DNA of 64,000 nt from Candidatus Latescibacterota bacterium (lineage in GTDB: Bacteria; Latescibacterota; UBA2968; UBA8231): positions 576,001 through 640,000 of the forward strand of contig OZ241362.1 of NCBI GenBank assembly GCA_965200315.1, in the 5' to 3' direction. The notes beneath the pieces are model-generated. The model saw only the letters and a list, made by a program, of their open reading frames with translations. It ran no database searches and was not told the origin of the DNA. This document shows positions 50,628 to 60,968 of the stretch, one piece after another. A program made the translations under genes and the position numbers. Numbering within the stretch: the stretch's first letter is position 1; each line of letters opens with the position of its first letter.

Positions 50628-51584
50628 GTGAAGGTAGTACTGAACTATGATATGGGGGAATCCTTCGCCGAAGAATTGCAGGCGGCGTTTCCCGAGCTGG
50701 ACTTTTGCCCGGCCTATGGCGAAGCAGAGCAGATGCAGGAGGTGGAAGATGCGGAGGTTGTGTTTGGGCTGATGAAGCGGCCTGTGTTTTTAGCGGCAAA
50801 AGAACTCAAGTGGTTCCACTTTGTCGGCATCGGCTTCGACCCGATTGCACGCGAAATACCGGAATTTCGCACGGGTGAGGTGGTGATGACCAATGCGCGC
50901 CAGACGCATGTCGTGCCCATGGCCGACCACGTCTTCGCCGCCATACTCGCGTACGCCCACCGGCTCCCCGAACTGCTCGAAGATCAGCGCAACCACCAGT
51001 GGAATACCAAACGCTATGTGCGGCGCATCATCGAATTGGCCGGGACCAAGATGGGGGTGCTGGCGATGGGAGACATTGGCCGTGGAGTGGCCACGCGGGC
51101 CGCCGCCTTTGGAATCGAGGTGTACGCGGTGGATATCCTGCCGCTGGAACCGCCGCCGGGGGTGTGCGCGGTGTGGCCGGTCGATCGGTTGGACGAGATG
51201 CTGGCGATGATCGACTGGCTGGTGGTGACGGCCCCGCGAACCGAGGCGACGGCTGGAATGCTCAATCGGCAGCGGCTTGCCCTGCTCAAACAAGGAGCGT
51301 TTGTGGTGGTCGTCTCACGCGGGGGCATCGTCGATGAGGAAGCGCTGGCCGAGGGCTTGCACACAGGCCGCATCGGCGGGGCCGCACTCGACGCGACCGC
51401 GGTCGAGCCGCTGCCGCCCGACAGCCCGCTGTGGGACGCGCCCAACATGCTGATCTCGCCGCACACCTCGGCCGAGTCCGTGCAACTGATCGAGCGCCGC
51501 AAGGCCATCTTCGTGGAAAATCTGCGCCGCTATCGGGCCGGCGAAACCCTATTGAACGTATGCGACCTAGACAAGGGATACTAA
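50628..51584 (+). CDS. D-2-hydroxyacid dehydrogenase
   Basis: GTG start with SD; MGDIG, SRGGIVDE, ALDA..EPL, SPH. Confidence 0.9.
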   Translation: MKVVLNYDMGESFAEELQAAFPELDFCPAYGEAEQMQEVEDAEVVFGLMKRPVFLAAKELKWFHFVGIGFDPIAREIPEFRTGEVVMTNARQTHVVPMADHVFAAILAYAHRLPELLEDQRNHQWNTKRYVRRIIELAGTKMGVLAMGDIGRGVATRAAAFGIEVYAVDILPLEPPPGVCAVWPVDRLDEMLAMIDWLVVTAPRTEATAGMLNRQRLALLKQGAFVVVVSRGGIVDEEALAEGLHTGRIGGAALDATAVEPLPPDSPLWDAPNMLISPHTSAESVQLIERRKAIFVENLRRYRAGETLLNVCDLDKGY

Positions 51585-52835
51585 ATGACAACAAAACCCC
51601 ACCTGCCCCCGTCCCCCATTGACGAGGGCAAAGTCACCGTAACTGCAATCGAATCCGTGCAGCCGCTCGACCTGTTCCCCGACTTGCTGCTGGTCCGCAT
51701 CCACACCGACGCCGGGCTCATCGGCCACGGCGAAACCTATTACTGCGCCGAGGCCGTGCAGGCCATGCTGCACGACTGGATGGCGCGCCGGCTGTTAGGC
51801 GAAGACGCGCTGGCCATTGAATCGCACTGGCGCTTCCTCTACGAGCGCGCCGCAAACTTCGGCGTCCGTGGCGCGGAGATCCGCGCTTTGTCGGCATTGG
51901 ACTTAGCACTGTGGGACATTCTCGGCCAGGTCTGCAACCAGCCGATCTATCGCCTACTCGGCGGGCCGGTGCGCGACAAAATTCTGGTGTACAATAGCTG
52001 CGGCAACCCGCAGTACGGGCCGAGTACCACCGGACGCAAGGGCTGGCCGGGCTTTGGCGCCATCGGCGAGCCGGGGCCGCTGGGCGATTCGTGGAAGCTG
52101 TTTCACGAGCCCGTGGCACTGGCCGAGGAGCTGGTCGCGCTGGGCTACAGCGGCCTAAAAGTCTGGCCCTTTGACCAAGCGGCCATCCAGTACGGCCCAG
52201 CGCGCATTCCGCACCGCGCAATCGAGGAAGGCGTACAGCCCTTGCGCGAGATCCGCGACAAGGTGGGCATGGACCTCGACATCTTCGTCGATGGCCACGC
52301 GCATTTCCAGCTCCCAGCGGCCCTGCGCATCGCCGAGGCATTGCGCGAGGTCGCGCCGCTGTGGCTGGAGGACGTGATCAAAATGGACAACCTCGACACA
52401 GTAGCCGACTTCCGCCGCCAGAGCCGGATGCCCATTTCCGCGAGCGAGATGCTGTTGAGCCGCGCCGATTACAACTATGTGCTGATGCGCCAAGCCGCCG
52501 ATTACGTGATGATCGATCCAACCTGGGTCGGCGGGATTTCCGAAACCGCGCGGATTGCCCATCTGGCTCAGACCTATAATGTGCCGGTCAGCATGCACGA
52601 CTGCACCGGCCCGCTGACGCTCTTTGCCGGCCTGCATGTGGGCGCGGCCGTAGCCAATTGCTGCTATCAGGAAACTGTGCGGGCGCAAATTCAGACGGTG
52701 TATCGAGAGCTGATCGACGTGGAGGTGGAAATTAGCGGCGGGTATGTGAACCTGCCCAAAGGCAGCGGTTTAGGGGTCAGGCTAAATCCCGATTTGTTCA
52801 AGCCGGAACGCCCGGGCTATCGGATTTCGAGGTAA
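51585..52835 (+). CDS. Mandelate racemase/MLE family dehydratase
   Basis: GHGE, LDLALWD, KVW, WLED, HDCTGP. Confidence 0.9.
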   Translation: MTTKPHLPPSPIDEGKVTVTAIESVQPLDLFPDLLLVRIHTDAGLIGHGETYYCAEAVQAMLHDWMARRLLGEDALAIESHWRFLYERAANFGVRGAEIRALSALDLALWDILGQVCNQPIYRLLGGPVRDKILVYNSCGNPQYGPSTTGRKGWPGFGAIGEPGPLGDSWKLFHEPVALAEELVALGYSGLKVWPFDQAAIQYGPARIPHRAIEEGVQPLREIRDKVGMDLDIFVDGHAHFQLPAALRIAEALREVAPLWLEDVIKMDNLDTVADFRRQSRMPISASEMLLSRADYNYVLMRQAADYVMIDPTWVGGISETARIAHLAQTYNVPVSMHDCTGPLTLFAGLHVGAAVANCCYQETVRAQIQTVYRELIDVEVEISGGYVNLPKGSGLGVRLNPDLFKPERPGYRISR

Positions 52836-52952
52836 TGTGTGTTCAAAGGTTCGATCACAGACCATTGTATGTTGGTCACATCGGTAGCATATTGTCCAGC
52901 AAGTGTATTCATCTGAGACCTTTTTGTGCAGAGTCAAAGACAGGAGATAATC

Positions 52953-53423
52953 ATGGGAAGCAAATTTAGCCCCGCAGAGATCCAGCAGATGAAGGACGAA
53001 GCACATGAAGATATGAAGGAGGCACTTGATGAGCTCCGCCGCGACGAACCAGAGATGGCCGATGCGGCTGGGGCGGCAGTAGGTATCACACTGGGTGGCG
53101 CAGCATCGTTCACTGCCCTCTATTTCGGAGGAGTGACGGGCCTATCGGCCGCCGGGATCACCTCTGGGTTGGCAGCGGCAGGTTTCGGTGCCGGAATGGT
53201 GGCCGGAATAGGTGTCCTAGCAGCACCGGTGGCCGCCTTGGCGGTTATCGGCTATGGCATCGCCAAGAAGCGGAGGAACGCGAAACTGGCGGCAGCCCTA
53301 GGTAGAGCTATTGAGAAGCTCTACAAAATCCAAGAGCGACTCATGGCAAACGCCGAGTACTTTCGCGAGGAACTGGCCGAGATTAAGGCTTATATCGACC
53401 AGTTTGAGCATCAAAGACCGTAA
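52953..53423 (+). CDS. Hypothetical glycine-zipper membrane protein with coiled coils
   Basis: SD AGGAG; ~70-aa Gly/Ala hydrophobic segment (GLSAAGITSGLAAAG). Confidence 0.8.
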   Translation: MGSKFSPAEIQQMKDEAHEDMKEALDELRRDEPEMADAAGAAVGITLGGAASFTALYFGGVTGLSAAGITSGLAAAGFGAGMVAGIGVLAAPVAALAVIGYGIAKKRRNAKLAAALGRAIEKLYKIQERLMANAEYFREELAEIKAYIDQFEHQRP

Positions 53424-53435
53424 AATGGTATAGTC

Positions 53436-54812
53436 ATGGACAGCAAGGACAAACAGCGAAATATCAAAGCCATTAGGCATCTGCAACGACGGTCCGATGC
53501 TATAGAGGAAGACCACGATGGCCTCAGTAAGGACCTTCGCGCTATCAAAAAGCGTCTGGCGGAACTAGGCGACGTAGACAAGGTGACGCCGGATTTTACG
53601 AAGAGGAAGCAGGCCCATCTTGATGCGATGAGCGAGCACAAGGAACTCCCAGATGTTGACTTGGAGACCATTTACAATGAGGCGGAGGCGAAATTCCCGG
53701 GGGATACTAACCTAGACGACATCCTAACTACCGACGATTGGGCAGTCGTGAATAAACGGATCGCGGTCCATATCAAGGATTTCAATGCCCGCTATGCTCT
53801 CGATAGGTGGGACTATGCCATTGCCGGAGGATGCGGCCTGTTCGCAGCGATGCTTGACTTGCTGTTTGTGAAGGCTCCTGCCAAGCCAACCACCGAGTGG
53901 ACGCAAGGGGTGGACGGCGTGTTCAACAGAGGAGTGCAACAGGCATTCAACCGCCTGTTACCTTCCGATGTGAGCGAGGAACTCAGTAGGTTGAACACCA
54001 TCGGTGGTGCAGACTCTAGCACAGTGGATCAGCTACTGGGAGCACCACCACGAACATTGAATCCCATGAACCATCGGCTGAGGTCATTATCCCACGATCC
54101 AATTCTGGGATTCCTGTTCGGCGTTTTGGACATGCAGCGCGGCACATGCACAGTAATTGGGAACGACGGCCTAAAGATATACCAGACTACTATGGAACCT
54201 ATGGACGGCGGCTTGTTCCCACTGCTTGGCCGCCTGTTCGGGCACCTTCTATCGGATGTTAATGCCCCCTCCGCAAGCGGCAATAGGGGCATGGGATTAC
54301 CCGCTCCCTTTATGGGGATTCTCCGCATGTTTGACAGCCTCCCAGCGGGAGACTCCGATCTAGGTAAGCAGATCGAGTATATGTACGTCAAGGGATATGA
54401 CTTTCGCCAGTTTGTCGTGACCAGTATTCCTGTGCTGATCATGGAGGTGATGATGCGCGTCTTCTATACCGTCAAACAGGTTAAGCTCTACGACTCGTCG
54501 CTGGGGGAAGCTCTGATCGACACGATGCCCCTGAAGATGAACCCTCGATTCAGAATGATGCTCGCTATGGCCTATGGAACGGTGGCAACAGTGAATGGGG
54601 CCAGAGTGTACATCACCGAAGACATTCTCAATCTGAACTACGCGGCGTGGCTTGGGCTTGTATGGAACGGTTTCCATGCTATAAAATGGGCACTGCTGGA
54701 CAGGAACCTGAAGCTCTGGGGAGAAGTCGAGCGGAAGGAGGTAGAGGCGCTGGAGCGCAGCGTGGATCAGATCGATGGTTTGGCTGACCGCGCAGGACGA
54801 TTACCTGTCTAA
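53436..54812 (+). CDS. Hypothetical 458-aa helical protein with coiled-coil ends and hydrophobic segments
   Basis: Long ORF 12 nt after the previous gene; HRLRSLSHDPILG, GLPAPF, GYDFR. Confidence 0.8.
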   Translation: MDSKDKQRNIKAIRHLQRRSDAIEEDHDGLSKDLRAIKKRLAELGDVDKVTPDFTKRKQAHLDAMSEHKELPDVDLETIYNEAEAKFPGDTNLDDILTTDDWAVVNKRIAVHIKDFNARYALDRWDYAIAGGCGLFAAMLDLLFVKAPAKPTTEWTQGVDGVFNRGVQQAFNRLLPSDVSEELSRLNTIGGADSSTVDQLLGAPPRTLNPMNHRLRSLSHDPILGFLFGVLDMQRGTCTVIGNDGLKIYQTTMEPMDGGLFPLLGRLFGHLLSDVNAPSASGNRGMGLPAPFMGILRMFDSLPAGDSDLGKQIEYMYVKGYDFRQFVVTSIPVLIMEVMMRVFYTVKQVKLYDSSLGEALIDTMPLKMNPRFRMMLAMAYGTVATVNGARVYITEDILNLNYAAWLGLVWNGFHAIKWALLDRNLKLWGEVERKEVEALERSVDQIDGLADRAGRLPV

Positions 54813-54828
54813 ATGTAGCGGATTGAGA

Positions 54829-55419
54829 CTACGAGGAAGTAGAAGGATGTGCGAGGGTACGGATTTCGCGTACGAATTTGTCGAACGAAGGGCACTGCTG
54901 CGCTTGCCCCAAGTCCATCCTGCTCGCAAATGCCGCTTGGTCAATGGTCTCGCGATACGTCAAACCTGTAGACATATTGTTCGATAGCCAACCTTTCGCG
55001 TCTCGAATGCGTTCAGCATTCGCAGGTGCTACGAGGCTGTCAGCAAGCCCTCTAAAGCCTGCCAGCGAATCGGCGGCTGCAACAAACCACGACTCAAACT
55101 CGCTTTTTGCAATGACGACCGAGATGCGTCTATCGGGCCGGCTTCCGGCTGCACGGGCCGCCATAGCAGGGGCCAACTCCGCAGGACAGTCGGCGGCATC
55201 GACCAGCACGACAATCCCGTCTGTTGTGGAGATGCGGCTTGCCGCTAAACTGACGGCTCTTTCCAACTCGCCCGGCTTGAGCAGCTTGCCCCTTGGTACG
55301 CGAATGGAACGCTCTACCGCAACATCGTAACGCTGCAATTTCTCTTGCAAGACTCGGCGCAATAGAACCCGTACTGCTTCGACATCGCCGTGGCCTTCTA
55401 CGATGGCGATCAATTTCAC
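54829..55419 (-). CDS. DUF4276-like (TOPRIM-like) protein
   Basis: IVEGHGD, VLVDAADC, EFESWF, YRETIDQ, SFDK. Confidence 0.8.
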   Translation of the reverse strand: MKLIAIVEGHGDVEAVRVLLRRVLQEKLQRYDVAVERSIRVPRGKLLKPGELERAVSLAASRISTTDGIVVLVDAADCPAELAPAMAARAAGSRPDRRISVVIAKSEFESWFVAAADSLAGFRGLADSLVAPANAERIRDAKGWLSNNMSTGLTYRETIDQAAFASRMDLGQAQQCPSFDKFVREIRTLAHPSTSS

Positions 55420-56609
55420 AGATCCAATCCGAACAGATTCAATTGTCTAACGCCAAGTTCTGTCGCTTGGGGATCCGGCCTAAGCTGGTCCATGCGGAGT
55501 AGCTCGCCAGCGGTATATAGATGATCGCGCAACGCTGCTCTCCCCGCTTCGTCCAAGGGACCAATTTTTGTATCGCCGTCCTCGGAAACGACAGCTTGTA
55601 TAGTGCTGTCGGGCAGTGATGCATCATCGAGCAAATCGGGACTGTGGCTGGTAATGAGCACTTGTCGGTGATCGCTCGCATCGCGCAGACTATCCGTCAA
55701 AACACCGACCGCGGCCGGATGCAGGGCGACCTCGGGTTCTTCAATGGCCACCAACCCCGCCGGGCCTTGGAACAAGGCCACGAGTACGCCGAGAGCACGC
55801 AGGGTCCCGTCTGACATATTGGTGGCGAGGAAGCGCCAAGGATGAGAAGAACCCCTGACGTCCTGCTTAAATTCGAGCATTTCGCGCGGGCCGACAGCCT
55901 TGGGGGCCACCGCATGGACGCCCGGCACGACCGTGGCGAAGTATTCCTCCACGCGGCGCTTCACCGTTGGGGCGTGGTCCTTCAGTGCGGCAAGAACGCT
56001 AGCCATGTTCGAGCCATCGCGGTTGAGTAGTTCGCCTGGATCGGGTGGCTGCGGCTCGCGGATGCGTTCGGGATTCAAATTATAGAAACCCATCGAAGTG
56101 AGAGCGTCATACAGAGGGCGAAACGCCTCTAGGCCGGAGACGTTGACTAGAAAGAGGCGATCTTTGGGAATGGCGGGGACGGGTTCAATACGGATGCGCT
56201 CAAGTGCGCCTTCCTTTATTCGGTAGTAGGCTTTACCCGTACCATCTGTCCCCGGATGAATTGCACATTCCTCTTCGGCAACTAGGTGGGCTCCCCGTTT
56301 CGCACCAATTCTGAAGGCATAGTGACCAAATCGGCCTTTGGACAACTGAAACTCAATGCGAATGGTAAAATGCGTGGGATGCCCACTCGACCGCCGGCGC
56401 ACCTCGTGGATACCTCCGCGATCGCGGAGGGCGTGGTCCAGCGAATAGCGGAGCGCGTCGGCGATAAACCGGAGCGCATCGACGAAGTTGCTCTTGCCGC
56501 TGCCGTTGGGTCCGACGAGAATCGACAGAGGGCCGAGGCTCACATTACACGCGCCGATGCTTTTGTAATTGCGGATGGCCACGCGGGTTATTAGACGGGT
56601 ATCTGACAT
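55416..56609 (-). CDS. ABC-type AAA ATPase (AAA_21-like)
   Basis: GPNGSGKSN, MSDGTLR, IEEPEVALHP, ITSHSP; 4-nt overlap with partner. Confidence 0.9.
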   Translation of the reverse strand: MSDTRLITRVAIRNYKSIGACNVSLGPLSILVGPNGSGKSNFVDALRFIADALRYSLDHALRDRGGIHEVRRRSSGHPTHFTIRIEFQLSKGRFGHYAFRIGAKRGAHLVAEEECAIHPGTDGTGKAYYRIKEGALERIRIEPVPAIPKDRLFLVNVSGLEAFRPLYDALTSMGFYNLNPERIREPQPPDPGELLNRDGSNMASVLAALKDHAPTVKRRVEEYFATVVPGVHAVAPKAVGPREMLEFKQDVRGSSHPWRFLATNMSDGTLRALGVLVALFQGPAGLVAIEEPEVALHPAAVGVLTDSLRDASDHRQVLITSHSPDLLDDASLPDSTIQAVVSEDGDTKIGPLDEAGRAALRDHLYTAGELLRMDQLRPDPQATELGVRQLNLFGLDL

Positions 56610-56727
56610 GTCTGGCTATGAACCGGATTTTGAGACATTGAAAAAAATAACAGCGTCCCTAGTATTAGCGGACAGTGAAGAGGCGTTTCAACATATCTTG
56701 ATTGCAAAACGTTGACGGAGAAAGTCC

Positions 56728-56904
56728 ATGGAAAAGGTCCGCTATGCCGATTTGCTGCCGTGGGAATTCCGCCAGCGGCTGGCGGCTAAGCCAGTTGCGT
56801 ATCTGCCGCTGGGCACACTCGAATGGCACGGCGAGCACTTGCCCTTGGGCAGCGACGCGATAACCAGCGACTGCAGTCGCCATCCGCGAAAGGACGACGC
56901 ATGA
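56728..56904 (+). pseudogene. Creatininase-family N-terminal stub
   Basis: MEKVRYADLLPWE...YLPLGTLEWHGEHLPLGSD, ends at 58 aa. Confidence 0.75.
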
Positions 56905-58037
56905 AAATCACCCAAGTAGAGACCATTCGCTTCAAAACCACCACCCGTACCGAAAGCGATTCCGATGGCCACGGCCATCCCGGCCCCGAGCGCGAAACCA
57001 CGCAGACCCTGCTGCAAATAGGCACCGACGAAGGCGTCTCCGGCTACTGGTTTGGCGCGAACGTTCAAGCCATAGACCGCCTCGTCAAACCCGCCATACT
57101 CGGCGAAGACCCCTTGTACCGCGAAAAAATCTGGCGCGACCTCAACCACCGCCAACGGCTCAATCTGGGCACCCTGTCCGACCAAGTGCTCATGGCCGTC
57201 GACTTAGCCTTGTGGGATTTGGCCGGACGCGCCCTCAATCAACCCGTGTACAAACTGTTGGGCGGCTTGCGCGACAAAGTGCCGGCCTACGCCTCCACCA
57301 TGTGCGGCGACGACCTCCAAGGCGGCTTGGCCACCCCCCAAGACTACGCCAACTACGCCCAATGGTGCATGGAGCGTGGATACCCCGCCTTCAAATTGCA
57401 CACTTGGCAACCGCCCTACGCCGGCGCACCCGACCCCAAACGCGACATTGAAGCCTGCGCCGCCGTGCGCGAGGCGGTCGGCCCGGACGTGCCCTGTATG
57501 CTCGACCCCTACCACTACTACGACCGCGAGGCCGCCCTATTCCTAGCCAAGGAACTGGAAAAGCTCGACTATTACTGGATGGAAGAGCCGATGGACGAAC
57601 ACAGTATGTCGTCCTACGTCTGGCTATGCGAACAGACCAGCTTGCCGATCTGCGGCCCTGAGACCTGCGAGGGCAAAATGTACGTCCGCGCCGAGTGGAT
57701 CAAAGCCGGTGCCTGCGACATCAGCCGCTGCGGCGTGGGCGACGTGGGCGGCCTCACCCCATTGATGAAAACCGTGCATTTGTGCGAATCATTTGGCATG
57801 CGCTGCGAAATCCACGGCGGCGGCCCGGGCAACCTGCACGCCCTGTGCGCCATGCACAACGGCGAATTCTACGAACGCGGCCTGTTGCACCCCTTCATCG
57901 ACTTCGACCAGCCTGCCCCTTGGCTGCACGAACACGGTGAGCCGATGGACGAACAGGGTTTTGTCCATGTGCCGCAACGGCCTGGGTTGGGGATGAATAT
58001 CAACTGGGATTACATCGAGAAAAACAAAATCGCTTGA
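56901..58037 (+). CDS. Mandelate racemase/MLE family enolase
   Basis: VDLALWDLAG, FKLH, MLDP, WMEEP, GPE. Confidence 0.9.
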   Translation: MKITQVETIRFKTTTRTESDSDGHGHPGPERETTQTLLQIGTDEGVSGYWFGANVQAIDRLVKPAILGEDPLYREKIWRDLNHRQRLNLGTLSDQVLMAVDLALWDLAGRALNQPVYKLLGGLRDKVPAYASTMCGDDLQGGLATPQDYANYAQWCMERGYPAFKLHTWQPPYAGAPDPKRDIEACAAVREAVGPDVPCMLDPYHYYDREAALFLAKELEKLDYYWMEEPMDEHSMSSYVWLCEQTSLPICGPETCEGKMYVRAEWIKAGACDISRCGVGDVGGLTPLMKTVHLCESFGMRCEIHGGGPGNLHALCAMHNGEFYERGLLHPFIDFDQPAPWLHEHGEPMDEQGFVHVPQRPGLGMNINWDYIEKNKIA

Positions 58038-58366
58038 GCTAATCGAGCGAAACAGGCCCCAGAGGGTGCTGTTGCCACCTTGTTTTGGTCGGGGGAAAAC
58101 GATGTATGATTACTGGTCTCGCCTAAAGTCGAGGAGAAGCGTCTCTGGAGGCCAGTATTGGCGCGGGAACGCCACCTCAACGGACGGGCATCAACGCCGG
58201 CGGCTAAATCTACTCGGTCAGTCTTAGCCGGGAGCGCGGGCGTCTGGCCCGCCCACCCGGCAGAAGGCTATCGCGCCTAACTCAAAGGTAAGGCGATGCG
58301 AAACGGCAGTTGATATATGGCGTTTAACATACACGGAGACAATGGGTTAGCTTTATTCGACAATTT

Positions 58367-59449
58367 TCAATCCGCGTCGCCAACTCGCTGCCGCTGCCAG
58401 TCCTTGCGTCCTCCATAGTAGAAGCCCTCGTCGAAGGGAGCTGCCGCTGTCTGCTCTAGGGTCCGAGTGTACACGATCATATCCACGAACCTCCCATCGA
58501 CCCGTAGCTGCTGCTTGAAACGCGCCTCGGCACCGAATCCCACTTTCGCAAGCAACTGCTTCTGATCGGCGTCGCAGTCCGCTAGATAGACATGCAGGAC
58601 CGCGATCCCCACAGCCGCGCACCGCTCAATGACCGCGCCGAGCAAATCCGCGGACTGGCCGCTGAAGGCCGGTACCACGCGAAAGCTCAATAGGCCCGTG
58701 TGCTGCTCGGCAAAAGTTCCCCGCCGTTCGACCGTGGCCAAGCCGACCACTCGGCACTTGGCGTTTTCCAGCGCGAGGCAGCACCCGCGCCGGCCCTCCA
58801 AGCGCCGGAGGGTTTTCACAAAGTGACTTTCGTAGCGGGTGTCGCGGAAACTTTGGCTCAGGTAGTCCTTCACGATCCACTTTGGCTCGGGGTGGTTGTA
58901 GAGCACCGAAGCCCTCGGCAGATCGGCCCAAGTGGCGTCGCGCACCTCGGCCGGGCCACCGCCATCGAGGTAGTCGCGGTCAAAGTCGCCAGCACCGGGC
59001 GCCAAGTAGCGCATCCCATCGCCGACGAAATAGCGGAATCCGTGCCGTTCGTACAGGCTACCAGCATGGGGATTGGCCGTACACAGGTAGAGGGCCAGCC
59101 CTCCGGCCGCGGCGAACTCCTCCACGAGCCGGCCGAGCAGGAGCGAGGCGATCCCCTTGCGCCGGTGTGCCTCGGCAGTCCAGACGAACTCCACGAGCCC
59201 CACATCGCGCGTATCGGCGGGAGTCTGGCAGCTCATGTAGCCGACCAACTCGCCATCGATCTTTCCCAAGTAGTAGGGAGTGTGCAGCCAAGGCCGCAGG
59301 TTTCCTGCCATCAAGTCGGCGGCAATATCCTGCCACCAGCAGAGGCTGTGCGCTCCGCCGGCAAAGGGCGGCTCGCACCCCTCGATCGTCAGCTTTTCTC
59401 CACCGCTGAGTTGAACTCTCGTCGTCTCGGTGCTGTTCATCATTTTCAC
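58367..59449 (-). CDS. Tandem GNAT N-acetyltransferase
   Basis: HRRKGIAS...LYERHGF plus a second GNAT-like half. Confidence 0.82.
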   Translation of the reverse strand: MKMMNSTETTRVQLSGGEKLTIEGCEPPFAGGAHSLCWWQDIAADLMAGNLRPWLHTPYYLGKIDGELVGYMSCQTPADTRDVGLVEFVWTAEAHRRKGIASLLLGRLVEEFAAAGGLALYLCTANPHAGSLYERHGFRYFVGDGMRYLAPGAGDFDRDYLDGGGPAEVRDATWADLPRASVLYNHPEPKWIVKDYLSQSFRDTRYESHFVKTLRRLEGRRGCCLALENAKCRVVGLATVERRGTFAEQHTGLLSFRVVPAFSGQSADLLGAVIERCAAVGIAVLHVYLADCDADQKQLLAKVGFGAEARFKQQLRVDGRFVDMIVYTRTLEQTAAAPFDEGFYYGGRKDWQRQRVGDAD

Positions 59450-59461
59450 CTCGCGGGATTT

Positions 59462-60781
59462 TTACTCCGCCGCGGCCAATTCCAAGGCCCGAAGCGCACC
59501 AGCGGTCAGAACCCGGTCCGCGTCGTCGCGCAAAAAGCGCCCCTGATGGCACGCCCTCGCATCGAGGACCTCGTACCCTCCGTAGGGCACCTCCTCACTC
59601 GTCGGCACGTAGCCGATGGCACCGTTGGCGTATCCCACGGGCAAGGTCCAAGAAAAGGGCGATGCTTCGGCAATGGCCAGCCCCGTCTCGACGAAAATTT
59701 CCCCGGGCAGGCCGATGAGGGCCACGTCGTCCAAGGCCACAACTTGTAGCTCTAGGGGCAGCCCCGTGGCCACCGAGCCGCTCTGACACGCCTCAAGCCG
59801 CTCCTTTGCAGCAAAGTAGCGGCGGCAAACATGCCAGTTCCGGTGGTGCTCGCCCGCCAGTTGGCGAAAGGCCAGCTCCCAGCGCGCCAGCTCGCGCTCG
59901 CACTCCTGCTGGGACGGCATGGGCGCAAGGGGCAGCTCAAAGGCGTGCTGGGCACAGCGCAGTCGGCCGCCCCGTCTCAGGTCGGCTCGGTCCGCCACCG
60001 TCTGCAGCACCGCATCACCAGCCCTAGTACCGTGGTGCTTGGCGAGGGCAAAGGTGCCGCGCGGATGGGGATTGATGTTGCCGGCACAGCCGTTGACGAA
60101 CAGCGCCGTCACACCCGGCAGTTGGGCCTCGATCAACTGCATGGCGCAGCCGATCCAGTCGGCTGTGAACAGGTAGTTGTTGCTCACCAGACAGGTCCCG
60201 TGGGCCGCGTGCTGATAGATCACCGCCAACGGACCGCCGCCGTCGCGCTCAAACCACACCACGTCGACCCAAGGGGCCACCGCTCCGTCGGGGTTGACGC
60301 CGATGCGGGTTGTGCCGTCCGCCTGTCGCTCCCGGCGGTTGACGCCGACCTGTAGCGGATGACGGCCCGTGCCCCAGCGCACGGGCACCGCCGCGGTGGC
60401 CGCCTGCAGGGCAGCACCGGCCATGTAGTGGCTCACCGCGTCGATGTAGGTAAGGGCCTGTTCCCCCAGTGCCGAAAAGTCAGAATACATCAGCGGACCG
60501 CCGTGCGTGTGGGAAAAGGCGAGGAATACGTGGGCCGCGGGCACCCCGGTCGCCGCGCACACCAACTCGCGCACCCGAGCGACCTGCTCAGCTCGCATGC
60601 CGATCAGGTCGCTGGCGATGATCACGGCTTGGGTCGAGCCGGCGTCGAGGAACAAGGTGTGGGTGTTGAGATGGTCGTGTACGCCCTCGGCTCCGCGGTC
60701 GCGGGCACCGTACCCGCCCATGGGAAAGCCGATCGGTGGAGTGATCCGGGCACCGCCGGTTCCGGCCAACAAGTCGTTCAT
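59462..60781 (-). CDS. Neutral/alkaline ceramidase N-terminal-domain family protein
   Basis: ITPPIGFPMGGY, SHTHGGP, GCAGNINP, PGEIF, GYANG. Confidence 0.8.
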   Translation of the reverse strand: MNDLLAGTGGARITPPIGFPMGGYGARDRGAEGVHDHLNTHTLFLDAGSTQAVIIASDLIGMRAEQVARVRELVCAATGVPAAHVFLAFSHTHGGPLMYSDFSALGEQALTYIDAVSHYMAGAALQAATAAVPVRWGTGRHPLQVGVNRRERQADGTTRIGVNPDGAVAPWVDVVWFERDGGGPLAVIYQHAAHGTCLVSNNYLFTADWIGCAMQLIEAQLPGVTALFVNGCAGNINPHPRGTFALAKHHGTRAGDAVLQTVADRADLRRGGRLRCAQHAFELPLAPMPSQQECERELARWELAFRQLAGEHHRNWHVCRRYFAAKERLEACQSGSVATGLPLELQVVALDDVALIGLPGEIFVETGLAIAEASPFSWTLPVGYANGAIGYVPTSEEVPYGGYEVLDARACHQGRFLRDDADRVLTAGALRALELAAAE

Positions 60782-60968
60782 GGTTCTATTCTCTTGCTCT
60801 CGTGGTTAAAGATTCCGCCTTACTACCCGACCCCTGATCTGAATGCGCGTTGTTTGGCGTCGCCTTGGGCGCACAGGCGGGACGCCCCTTCTTCAGTGGC
60901 CAGTGGCTCTGTCCAACGTCACCCCATGCTCCGACGCGGAGCGGGCTTCATCGCGCCTTTAGGCGTGG

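Noticed and set aside
58040-58350. Possible ncRNA or riboswitch in the intergenic gap
   Set aside because: No recognisable motif apart from one REP copy
58700-59749. Long alternative ORFs (also 49164-50147, 28588-29403, 37408-38238)
   Set aside because: Antisense shadows of well-supported genes in GC-rich DNA
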